Notes: generated by a model not told the origin, from the sequence alone. A DNA stretch of 64,000 nt from the human T2T-CHM13v2.0 reference genome, Homo sapiens (GCF_009914755.1 NC_060930.1), one strand, 5' to 3'. Shown: positions 28,785-46,554, counted from the first letter of the stretch. Numbers and translations are program-made.

Positions 28785-29393
28785 TTACTGCTATAAAGAT
28801 TGTAGTTTCCCTTTAAGCTAAGGCTAACCCTTACCCCATATGCCTGGCCACTAAAAGCTCTCATTTTTAGCAGCCATTCTTCTTTGACACTACTCACCTA
28901 CATGGTCAACTTTTAACATTGTTCCAATCACCATTCATTTCTTTTGCACACATATTGAAGGAAATTATCCATGAACTCTATTGTCTTTCCATTCATTACC
29001 TTACATCCTGATTGTATTTAATCTGGCTCAGAGCCCTCCATGCTCTGAGTGTGAACTCTAACACACAAAGAGCTACCCCATACATTGTCCCCCAATTAGG
29101 GCTTGTGTCTGTCTGATCTGTAGACCTTGGGCAAGTTATTTACCTTCTTGGGTAAAATAATAAGATAACTAAAGAAAAAAAGTGTCATACAGATATAAAT
29201 AACATGTACAAATGTGTATGTGCCATATATATGCCCCATAAAGTGATTAGTTAGAATAGTTCTTAGCACATAGTAATTGCTCAGTTAATATTATATATTA
29301 TCTCTACAAATTAGACTATATCTATTTCTCTAGGTCTTTGACTTAGGAATCTGGCAATCTTAATTTATAGAAGCACTTTTCTGAAAGAGGTAA

Positions 29394-32297
<2,904 letters not shown>

Positions 32298-33085
32298 TTA
32301 ATGCTTGCTGCTCCTTAAAATGATGCTATAATGACAGTAACTACTTAGATAACAAAAGAATATGATTGTATCAGATTAGTATTACAAGTAACTGCTGTGA
32401 GTTTAAAAACTATTGGCTGGAGTGGTCAGGGAAAGCTGTAAGAAGTCCAAATGGCCTTCAGTTGGTCTGAAAGGACAGACAGAATTTGGGGATGTGTGTG
32501 CAATTTGGGTTAAAGAATGTAATCTGTGTTGTCTTTAAGCCCTGCATCAGAGGACCAGCTATTTGCCAACATAACTCCCATTTACAAGAGTAACTTCAGA
32601 TAAAACCCTGATGACTGCCAAGTCTGACTTTCTCATCTAGTGAGTGGGTGTCTCTCTAATAAAGTAGCATCACTGAACACAGAAGCAAGCTTAACCTATC
32701 CAGGGAAAAGTGACACCATTTCTATAAAGGGAACAGCACAGCTCCCTAGTTCTCCAGAGTGAGCAAGATTGTATTTAGACATGCAAAGAATCTCTGACAA
32801 AGTAATACATTGAAGGCCATAAAAAACAGCTCTGTATCTGTAGTATAGTTGTTCTAGTTCTGGCTGTGGTGAGCTGTCATGTTTGTTTTAGCAGCATGCC
32901 ACCTAAAAAGAGAAGTAAAACAGAGTTGGAAAAGAGGAAGTATATGTTGAAAATGTAAGTTTCTCCAAATTATTGAGTAGATTTCGTCCAATAATGTTAC
33001 TACATGTCTTTTTTATCATTTGGAACTTGGAACACTCTGTGTATTAACCACGATATAAGCAAATATTCCTAAACTATAAGCTTCA

Positions 33086-34390
<1,305 letters not shown>

Positions 34391-34974
34391 GTTAAATCTC
34401 TTAAACTCATTTTGTGTTCCTTGGAAAGGCAGAATGGCATGGTGGGTAGGAGATTGCTCTGCCACTTAACAGTGTAGCCTTGGGCAAATTACTTATCTCT
34501 GTTCCGTTTATTTATCTGTAAACCAATGAAGATAGTAAAAATGCCCACCTCATAGGATTTATATGGGGATATAAATAGAACAATGCCTAGCACATCATTG
34601 ATGCTCAATATTGGCTTTTAGTACCCTATCTCTTTTGCCCCTCCCGCCAATGATTTTCATTTCTTAGCCTTTATGTTCAATTAAAGGATGATGGTTTCTG
34701 CCTTCAATATATTTATAGTCTAGTTGTAGAGATGAGACAAATACAGAAAAATAAGACTATATACTATTAGATGACAAATTAGATACACAATAAAGAAATG
34801 TTTTCATCACTTTCTTTGTAGTGCTTACAAGGATGTTCCATGAAATCTTTTTTGCACTTTTTTTATTTTACCTTGATGAACTTTGTGGCTTTTCCAAAGT
34901 CTTACATCAGCAATTTTATTTTACTTTTAAAAGATGGTAGACAATCCCCTCACCAGCTCCTAGATAGAAGACAT

Positions 34975-34986
34975 TCTCTCTCTCTC

Positions 34987-35029
<43 letters not shown>

Positions 35030-35030
35030 G
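34975..35030. repeat. (CT)n(CA)n compound microsatellite
   Basis: Read directly. Confidence 0.95.
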
Positions 35031-35442
35031 ACACGATGGCCCTTTTCTTTGTTAGTTAGACATGCAGCGTTTTTGTTCATGTGTCTGCCTGGTTGTTCTG
35101 ATCTGAGGGATACATTTTCTTAGTCTTCTAATAAGGTATTTTATAACAGTCTCCAGGCTTCCTGTAGCCTTTATATGTTCTAAGCTACTCCTTTTTATAT
35201 TCATCTATCCAGCAATACTCAGGAACTATAAAATCTTTGTGTATAATGCCTTCAGTAAATATTATTTTTACTCAAATTGTCAGTATCTAATGTGCAAAAT
35301 TCCAAAAATAAATCTAGATTACTTTTATTTCCTCTGAAAAACAAAACAAATGAATTGGTAATAATTTAAATATACTTTATTGTAAAATAGCCCTTTCTTT
35401 TCCCAACCTTGCTGGCTAAAATAGATTTATAAAACTGAAATA

Positions 35443-37668
<2,226 letters not shown>

Positions 37669-38537
37669 CTACCTGATTAATTATAAATAGCGTATAGAGT
37701 CTTAGTTATACAATCCTAGTTATATAAATGCATTGACTAGACTTACAGACACTTTAAAAAATTGTGTACCGATATCACTTTCAAACTTTCTTCTAAACTT
37801 GTTTTTTAAAAAAATTTCGTGACTACAGAACTTGCTGAAGTCATTGTTTTTTTGTTTTTTTTTTTTGCATAAGCATATAGTCCCTGGATGAAGTCATTCC
37901 TTTGACAATGACTTGATTAAACCCATATCAGGCAGAATATGAAAACCACCTAAGGATTAATTTGGATATTGTTCAAATTAATATTAATAAATGCTCCTCT
38001 TCCCAGAGAACTGTTAGCATAATTGTGGCCTTTTATCCTTCCAAAAGCACTTGTCATTTAATTATTAGGGTGATTTTTCTGATTCTTTGTTAGATTCTTT
38101 GAGATAGCACAAATAGTGCTAATTTTATTAAGACTATATTTCGATAAATCAAAACATCAAGTTCCCTACTCTCGAGGAGTAACTTTTGACCCACAACACA
38201 TCTGAATGTTTACTAATTATCTTTTAAAGCAGTTTTAAGTAAATCAAAGCTGTTTGCCAAGCAAGGTCCATGTTTTGTAACTTCCAGCTGTGAAGCCCCC
38301 ACTATACAAAGTAGATATATTAAATGTTAATCACTTTAGCTCTAATTAAATATTTAGTCCTTCAAAGACCTAGAAAAAGTGAAAAAGGTTGAAGTTGATA
38401 CATATTTTTTTTTCTAAAAGGCCTAAAAGATCTACTAGAAACAACTATTTTAAATCACATCTCTCCCCAAATGGTTAAAAATCGAACTATTAATCCAGTA
38501 GTTTACCTTTGGTACCTTCTAGGTGTAAGACCGTTTG

Positions 38538-39587
<1,050 letters not shown>

Positions 39588-40770
39588 GGGCATTCAAGGA
39601 ATAGGAAGACAAAGTATAATGGAAAAGTAAATGAACAAAAAGGATTTAAAAAAACAAATCCCAACTGTCAGATTAGTGGACAGTGAACCAATGCTCTGAG
39701 TTTGTTCATCAATCTGTGGTAGAACTACAATTGTTTCCTAAAGAGTGGAAAGGCTTTGAATAAAAGTGGAGAGGTAGAGAGGGCTCTCCCAGGACAGGTT
39801 GATTGCTTCCGCAAAGGCAAAGGGTCTGTAAAGTGCTAGGCGAGTGGGAACAAGTGGGAATAGTTCTGTTTGACTACATTTGAGGGTTTGAGAAAGGAAA
39901 GGGAGGGTAGAAGGGATGGAAGTGGGAATCACATATGTTTAATGATGTCTTGTTCGGTGCCAAGGACAGTTTTAGACCCTGATAAGCGGAAAGCTTTGAA
40001 TACTCAGGAGGTGAATTTGGGTCATTTCATCTCCTCTCTTAGCTGCTGTATGACCCTGTGCCATCCTATTTATGTTTCATTTTCCTATCTGCAAAAAGGG
40101 AGTAATTCTTGTTCCCTTGGGTTTTCTCCTAGTCATAAAAAATGAATGAGTTCGGCCACAGTACACAAACAAAAGGAAAATATGTAATATTTTGTAGGAT
40201 AAATTCATAAAAGTTGTGGAGGATCTGGGCACTTTTATAAAGCAAGCACTGTAGAAAACTTTCAAAGGAAACATTTAAATTCACTAATGACAGCTATAGG
40301 GATCCTGATTTTTCCTTTAAATGGCAGGCACTTCAAAAAATTAAAATAGAATGTAGTTAGCTTTCAATTACTTAGGCCACTGACAATTCAATTTATGGAT
40401 TATATAGTATTTTAATTTACTCATTTCACACGTCGTTATCAACTCTACATGAAGTTTAAAAGGACAAAGGATGCAAGTGGAATTGGTCAGTGTTCCGGGT
40501 TATTTCCAAGGGAGGCAGAGGGTGGGGGGTTTCCTTTGAGACAAGACTTGGGGTTGGCCAATAATTGCTGGTATTGCCTGCCTGGTAATAACAGGCTGAT
40601 GAAAAGGTGACTACAACGTGAAAACTGGTTAAATCAAGCGCACCCTCCCACCCTCGTTTTAGATGAGGAATTTTCCGCCCTCACAGAAGGGGCTGAGGCA
40701 GCATCTGGCATCACAACACTAACATTTGCTTCGTGATTTCCTCTTTACCCGGCCCTTTGACACACATCCC

Positions 40771-40779
40771 TTCCCAGAA
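40771..40779. promoter_or_regulatory. GAS (STAT) element TTCCCAGAA
   Basis: Exact TTCN3GAA about 0.9 kb upstream of the TSS; PIM1 is an established JAK-STAT target. Confidence 0.75.
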
Positions 40780-41794
40780 ATCAGGATTCGCTGGTGCTTT
40801 TGCATTTCTAAAATGGGAATCCCGTGGCTGAGCTTTTAGCCGGCCGGAACGACTGAGGGCTGCATCCCTTTCCCGCAGGAGCGGGGCTCCCGCCTCCAGT
40901 TCTGTTCCAGGCCTGACTCCTCCACTCCCTCCGTGACTCATGTCCTGCGGATCCTTCGCCCCCGACGCGCCCCCCAACACACAAACCCCCAGAATCCGCC
41001 CCCAGCCTACAGCGCGACGTCAGCCCGCCCCAGCCGACTTGGAGGTCTCGGGTCTGAGTCACACAGAAAGACCACCCTCGTCGGCATCCCCACACACAGT
41101 CCGACACCCGGCGCGCCGGCCTCCCCGCCTGACACACTAACGCCCGTCGTCTCCGCGCAACTTGTTATGCTCCGGCTCGAGCCCTTGACCCAAAAACCTC
41201 AGCGAAACGGAGAGCCGCAGAGCCGGCCTCGGGCGGCCTTTGATGGCTTTGTTATTGTTTGGGTTTGAATCGATACGCCCCTCCCCATCCTTCCTCCCTC
41301 GCGGCCCTACACCCAGCTCCCGCCTCCCCTCACGCCCCGCGCCCCTCCCCCTCCATTTTGGCGCCTTTTCCTTCCCGCCACGTCGTGGCGGCGTAGAGAC
41401 CATTCTGACCGCGAGAGCTGGGCGGGGCGGGGGCGGGGCGCGCCGAGTTATGCAGATCAATCGGCCTCTGGTTGGCTGGAGTAGCGCTGGCAGGGGCGGG
41501 GCCGGGGCGCGGCCACAGAGCGCGCGGGGCGGGGGCCGAGGGGAGTCGCCCAGTCCCGCCGCTTCCCCACCCCCTCTCCTCCCTCGGCCGGCCCGGCAGC
41601 CCTGCTCCCCGCCTTGGCCTCCCGGAGAGGCCCCGCCCCGTCCCCGCCCGCCGCGCCCTCCCCGCGCGCCCTCCCCGCCGGCGCGCTCCTCCCCTTTACT
41701 CCTGGCTGCGGGGCGAGCCGGGCGTCTGCTGCAGCGGCCGCGGTGGCTGAGGAGGCCCGAGAGGAGTCGGTGGCAGCGGCGGCGGCGGGACCGG

Positions 41795-41821
41795 CAGCAG
41801 CAGCAGCAGCAGCAGCAGCAA
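41795..41821 (+). repeat. (CAG)8CAA tract in the PIM1 5' leader, preceded by (CGG)4
   Basis: Read directly. Confidence 0.97.
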
Positions 41822-41845
41822 CCACTAGCCTCCTGCCCCGCGGCG

Positions 41846-42118
41846 CTGCCGCACGAGCCCCACGAGCCGCTCACCCCGCCGTTCTCAGCGCTGCCCGACC
41901 CCGCTGGCGCGCCCTCCCGCCGCCAGTCCCGGCAGCGCCCTCAGTTGTCCTCCGACTCGCCCTCGGCCTTCCGCGCCAGCCGCAGCCACAGCCGCAACGC
42001 CACCCGCAGCCACAGCCACAGCCACAGCCCCAGGCATAGCCTTCGGCACAGCCCCGGCTCCGGCTCCTGCGGCAGCTCCTCTGGGCACCGTCCCTGCGCC
42101 GACATCCTGGAGGTTGGG
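41846..42118 (+). CDS. PIM1: CUG-initiated 91-aa N-terminal extension of long isoform PIM1-L (404 aa)
   Basis: GCG CTG CCG at 41846 is 273 nt upstream of and in frame with the AUG, no stop between; gives (M)PHEPHEPLTPPFSALPDP...; CUG initiation of PIM1-L is established. Confidence 0.88.
41894..41918 (-). other. Stem-loop-containing G-quadruplex sequence GGGAGGGCGCGCCAGCGGGGTCGGG on the template strand
   Basis: Four G-tracts with a self-complementary CGC...GCG loop; matches my recall of the described PIM1 quadruplex-duplex hybrid. Confidence 0.8.
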
Positions 42119-42200
42119 ATGCTCTTGTCCAAAATCAACTCGCTTGCCCACCTGCGCGCCGCGCCCTGCAACGACCTGCACGCCACCAAGCTGGCGCCCG
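42119..42200 (+). CDS. PIM1: PIM1 coding exon 1 (AUG start of the 313-aa isoform)
   Basis: ATG at 42119 encodes MLLSKINSLAHLRAAPCNDLHATKLAP, the recognisable PIM1 N-terminus; donor CCG|GTGAGA at 42201; 82 nt. Confidence 0.99.
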
Positions 42201-42315
42201 GTGAGAGCACCCCCCGCCTCCGGCCCGGGGATGCGGGGCGGCGGCGGGATCTCCTGGGTGGGGAGCTGGCGGCTCGCGGGCCGGCACTGAGTCCCCGTGC
42301 TTCCCCCTTTCCTAG

Positions 42316-42422
42316 GCAAGGAGAAGGAGCCCCTGGAGTCGCAGTACCAGGTGGGCCCGCTACTGGGCAGCGGCGGCTTCGGCTCGGTCTACTCAGGCAT
42401 CCGCGTCTCCGACAACTTGCCG
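42316..42422 (+). CDS. PIM1: PIM1 coding exon 2 (glycine-rich loop)
   Basis: Acceptor CCTAG| at 42315; encodes [35 protein letters not shown] (GxGxxG); donor CCG|GTGAGT; 107 nt. Confidence 0.99.
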
Positions 42423-42523
42423 GTGAGTGGGCGCCCCGCGGTGGGGAGGGCGCGCCGGGCGGGGGGCGCACGGGCGTGCTTTAGCCCGGACGAGGGAACC
42501 TGACGGAGACCCTGGGCTTCCAG

Positions 42524-42574
42524 GTGGCCATCAAACACGTGGAGAAGGACCGGATTTCCGACTGGGGAGAGCTG
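42524..42574 (+). CDS. PIM1: PIM1 coding exon 3 (VAIK catalytic lysine)
   Basis: TTCCAG|GTG GCC ATC AAA... encodes VAIKHVEKDRISDWGEL; donor CTG|GTGAGT; 51 nt. Confidence 0.99.
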
Positions 42575-42667
42575 GTGAGTGCCCTGCAGGAGCGACCCCC
42601 AGGATGAGTGGGTGGGGTGAGGGGCGCCCCCGACTCCCGCCCTAACGCGGCCCCCTCGCCCCTGCAG

Positions 42668-43034
42668 CCTAATGGCACTCGAGTGCCCATGGAAGTGGTC
42701 CTGCTGAAGAAGGTGAGCTCGGGTTTCTCCGGCGTCATTAGGCTCCTGGACTGGTTCGAGAGGCCCGACAGTTTCGTCCTGATCCTGGAGAGGCCCGAGC
42801 CGGTGCAAGATCTCTTCGACTTCATCACGGAAAGGGGAGCCCTGCAAGAGGAGCTGGCCCGCAGCTTCTTCTGGCAGGTGCTGGAGGCCGTGCGGCACTG
42901 CCACAACTGCGGGGTGCTCCACCGCGACATCAAGGACGAAAACATCCTTATCGACCTCAATCGCGGCGAGCTCAAGCTCATCGACTTCGGGTCGGGGGCG
43001 CTGCTCAAGGACACCGTCTACACGGACTTCGATG
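42668..43034 (+). CDS. PIM1: PIM1 coding exon 4 (hinge, HRD, DFG)
   Basis: CTGCAG|CCT AAT; contains the PIM-specific ERPEPV hinge, HRDIKDEN and DFG; donor ATG|GTGAGC; 367 nt. Confidence 0.99.
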
Positions 43035-44537
43035 GTGAGCCAGGCCCGGGAGGGAGCTGCCCAGGTGACTCGGCCCGGCCCGGCCCAGTCCGGAGGCCTC
43101 GGCCAGTCTCCCGCGCCAGCCTTTTGTAAAGGTCATTGGGCCGCCTGGCTCGATGCTAGCCGGGGTGGGACGCAGGAGAGCCTCCCAGCGTAGTAAAGCC
43201 GGGGATTTTCAGCCAGCTGAACCTGTAATGTTTCTGGCATGATTTTATTCTTCAAGTGGAATTCAGTTAGTTCCAGGCTTTCCCGATGAATAAGAGGTTG
43301 TGGGCAACCGGCGGTAGCCCAGATTTTTCTAAAGTCTGACCCAGTTTCCCCGCCAGTAAAAGGATGGGGGCGGGGGAAGAGGTGGAAATTGATGCCGGTT
43401 TTGTAATTTTTGTTTTATTTTATAAGGGAGTTAGTTTTCTGTATGGTAGTTTTAGAGCTGCAGTTCTTAACTCCTTTCTGATCTAGGGAAGGTTAAGGAA
43501 TAGGAACTATATTATTACTGGTGGCTTTTTTTTTTCTTTAGTGTTAAGGGGAGAGAGAGTCAGGAATGAATGTTGTGAAATAAGATCTGTCGCTGGTTTG
43601 AAAATTAGTTGGGTGTCTCCGCAGAGAGGATGAAAACCTATCCTAGGGAGGGGCTTGGAGCGGGTTCTTTCAGAAAAGAAGGAATGGAGAGCCTGAGATC
43701 AAAGCTGCGGAGGGTGGGTCATCATCTGAGCGGCTTAACCTAACAAACGACAGCCTTTCAAAACTTGTGACTCGGGCTTGTGGTTTATGTTTATTTGCCC
43801 TTGGAGGACGCTGGGTTGGGCTGCATTTTTTGTATTTAACAGTTAATGGCTGGCCGGGTCCTCCCATGTTTTTTCTTTCAAGTCTTTGCTGCCCCCTGGT
43901 GAGCACCAGCGGCATGGCCCCTCCTTTTTCTTTTACTACCCAAAGTTTGTAAACAGGAATCACGTGGTCTGAAACCAACCCTGCAGCTCTGTCTACCTTT
44001 CCAGTCTAGGGAGGAAAGGGTGTGGGTGTCTGCTCCTGCTTGCATCGGGTGGGGAGGAAGGCCTCCCAAAGGGCACCCTGACTTAGGATGTTGTGCAAGC
44101 ATCCTTGCTTGGATCCTGTCGGCCATGAGAATCTCACCCGGGCTCCTGGGCAGTGGTGAATGCAATTTAAGGATAGTCTATGAGATACCTTTCTTGGTTG
44201 TGCAGACATGCATCCCTTCATCCTTCGCAGGCGGTCCTGCCTCACAGGGCCTCAAGTTTTGGGTCTGCGGCCAGCTGTGTTTGTTTCTTGGAGCAGTTCA
44301 TAAAGAATTTCAGTTTATGGTTTGGGCTAGCAGAGAGGTGGGTAATGCTTTGGGTTGGAGAGATGCCGTAAGGTGCGCCTCCACTCTCCTTAGCCCAGAG
44401 GGAAAAATGGAGTTCACCTAGCTCCTGAGAGAAGGGATTTTTTTTTTTTTAAAAGAAAGAGTTATATATACCACCCAGCTTCTTTGTGCTTGTTTTTGCT
44501 AAAAGTGTGTTTTCTCTTCTATTCCCTTGGCTCACAG

Positions 44538-44714
44538 GGACCCGAGTGTATAGCCCTCCAGAGTGGATCCGCTACCATCGCTACCATGGCAGGTCGGCGG
44601 CAGTCTGGTCCCTGGGGATCCTGCTGTATGATATGGTGTGTGGAGATATTCCTTTCGAGCATGACGAAGAGATCATCAGGGGCCAGGTTTTCTTCAGGCA
44701 GAGGGTCTCTTCAG
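44538..44714 (+). CDS. PIM1: PIM1 coding exon 5
   Basis: CACAG|GG ACC CGA; encodes [39 protein letters not shown]...RVSS; donor CAG|GTAACT; 177 nt. Confidence 0.99.
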
Positions 44715-45475
44715 GTAACTGATGGAAACCCCTGGCCATGGGGTTATTGGTCTTAATGGGGCTATTAGTCTTCATGGGACAGTCTTTGAAATTCTGGAGA
44801 GCTTCACTCTCCAGTAGATTCTGTCACCCTTGGCTTAGAATTGTAGGTGAGTGATTTACACTTGAGCTGGCCTCATAAATCACATGGTTTGCACTTGAGC
44901 TTTCCTTGGGAGGTCAGAGGAAGGCATGTGTGAGCATATTAAGAAGAAAAGACAATCTGGCTTCTCCAAAAACTTTTTTAAAGGTACCAACAGAAACCTG
45001 ATAATTCCTGGCTGTTTTGCCAGGGAGTAAAAAGTTAAAAGCTCTTTTAGCATCTTCTTTAAGGCAGCAGCTCCAAATATTTTGGTACCAGTGACCTCAC
45101 TGTGGGTGGTGTTCGTGTTTGTAAGTTGGTAGGTGAATTGAATCATTTCATCATGCTCAGTGGTGTCTCATCAAAATCTCTTGTCATCATCCTTCCTATT
45201 TCTGGTGAGTGGGTGTTGTGGGAAAGGCCCCCACTATTGAAGTTTGAAAACCACAGGTTTAAGAGGGGAGTCAGTTTTTAGCTGAAAGCAGACTGGAGGA
45301 CCCAGATATTAGTCAATACCTTCCTATTGAAGGGTACCCAGCACAGTGTTCTAGAAAATGCTTGGCCTCCCTGGGACCCCAGACTTGTGGGCCTCTGAGA
45401 AGCAAATGGGGAAGACCTTTGCAGTGTAAAAACAAGTTGAGTCATTCATAACCTCGTCTATCCTCCTTTCTGCAG

Positions 45476-45633
45476 AATGTCAGCATCTCATTAGATGGTG
45501 CTTGGCCCTGAGACCATCAGATAGGCCAACCTTCGAAGAAATCCAGAACCATCCATGGATGCAAGATGTTCTCCTGCCCCAGGAAACTGCTGAGATCCAC
45601 CTCCACAGCCTGTCGCCGGGGCCCAGCAAATAG
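45476..45633 (+). CDS. PIM1: PIM1 coding part of exon 6 with TAG stop
   Basis: TCCTTTCTGCAG|AA TGT; encodes [29 protein letters not shown]...PGPSK*; exon lengths sum to 942 nt. Confidence 0.99.
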
Positions 45634-45910
45634 CAGCCTTTCTGGCAGGTCCTCCCCTCTCTTGTCAGATGCCCGAGGGAGGGGAAGCTTCTGTCTCCAG
45701 CTTCCCGAGTACCAGTGACACGTCTCGCCAAGCAGGACAGTGCTTGATACAGGAACAACATTTACAACTCATTCCAGATCCCAGGCCCCTGGAGGCTGCC
45801 TCCCAACAGTGGGGAAGAGTGACTCTCCAGGGGTCCTAGGCCTCAACTCCTCCCATAGATACTCTCTTCTTCTCATAGGTGTCCAGCATTGCTGGACTCT
45901 GAAATATCCC

Positions 45911-45932
45911 GGGGGTGGGGGGTGGGGGTGGG
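45911..45932 (+). other. 3'UTR RNA G-quadruplex G5-T-G6-T-G5-T-G3
   Basis: Four G-runs with single-nt loops. Confidence 0.85.
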
Positions 45933-46533
45933 TCAGAACCCTGCCATGGAACTGTTTCCTTCATCATGAGTTCTGCTGAATGCCGCGATGGGTCAGGTAG
46001 GGGGGAAACAGGTTGGGATGGGATAGGACTAGCACCATTTTAAGTCCCTGTCACCTCTTCCGACTCTTTCTGAGTGCCTTCTGTGGGGACTCCGGCTGTG
46101 CTGGGAGAAATACTTGAACTTGCCTCTTTTACCTGCTGCTTCTCCAAAAATCTGCCTGGGTTTTGTTCCCTATTTTTCTCTCCTGTCCTCCCTCACCCCC
46201 TCCTTCATATGAAAGGTGCCATGGAAGAGGCTACAGGGCCAAACGCTGAGCCACCTGCCCTTTTTTCTGCCTCCTTTAGTAAAACTCCGAGTGAACTGGT
46301 CTTCCTTTTTGGTTTTTACTTAACTGTTTCAAAGCCAAGACCTCACACACACAAAAAATGCACAAACAATGCAATCAACAGAAAAGCTGTAAATGTGTGT
46401 ACAGTTGGCATGGTAGTATACAAAAAGATTGTAGTGGATCTAATTTTTAAGAAATTTTGCCTTTAAGTTATTTTACCTGTTTTTGTTTCTTGTTTTGAAA
46501 GATGCGCATTCTAACCTGGAGGTCAATGTTATG

Positions 46534-46554
46534 TATTTATTTATTTATTTATTT
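46534..46554 (+). promoter_or_regulatory. AU-rich destabilising element (overlapping AUUUA)
   Basis: TATTTATTTATTTATTTATTT = four overlapping AUUUA pentamers. Confidence 0.92.

Larger units (their letters stand above)
40800..43210. promoter_or_regulatory. CpG island / TATA-less GC-rich PIM1 promoter; main TSS probably near 41690-41700
   Basis: Very high GC and CpG density; tandem GC boxes GGGCGGGGCGGGGGCGGGGCG 41420-41440; octamer-like ATGCAGAT 41450-41457; E2F-like TTTGGCGC 41357-41364; no TATA. TSS position is from recall of the PIM1 mRNA start, not measured. Confidence 0.9.

Noticed and set aside
41240-42484. 414-aa ORF as a standalone gene
   Set aside because: It is the PIM1 leader and exon 1 frame running into unspliced intron 1; handled under findings
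41137-42922. Long antisense ORFs over the CpG island (245, 122, 144, 176, 177 aa, including poly-Cys and poly-Ala)
   Set aside because: Expected in stop-poor GC-rich DNA and opposite a real CDS; homopolymers are other frames of the CAG tract; no recognisable domains
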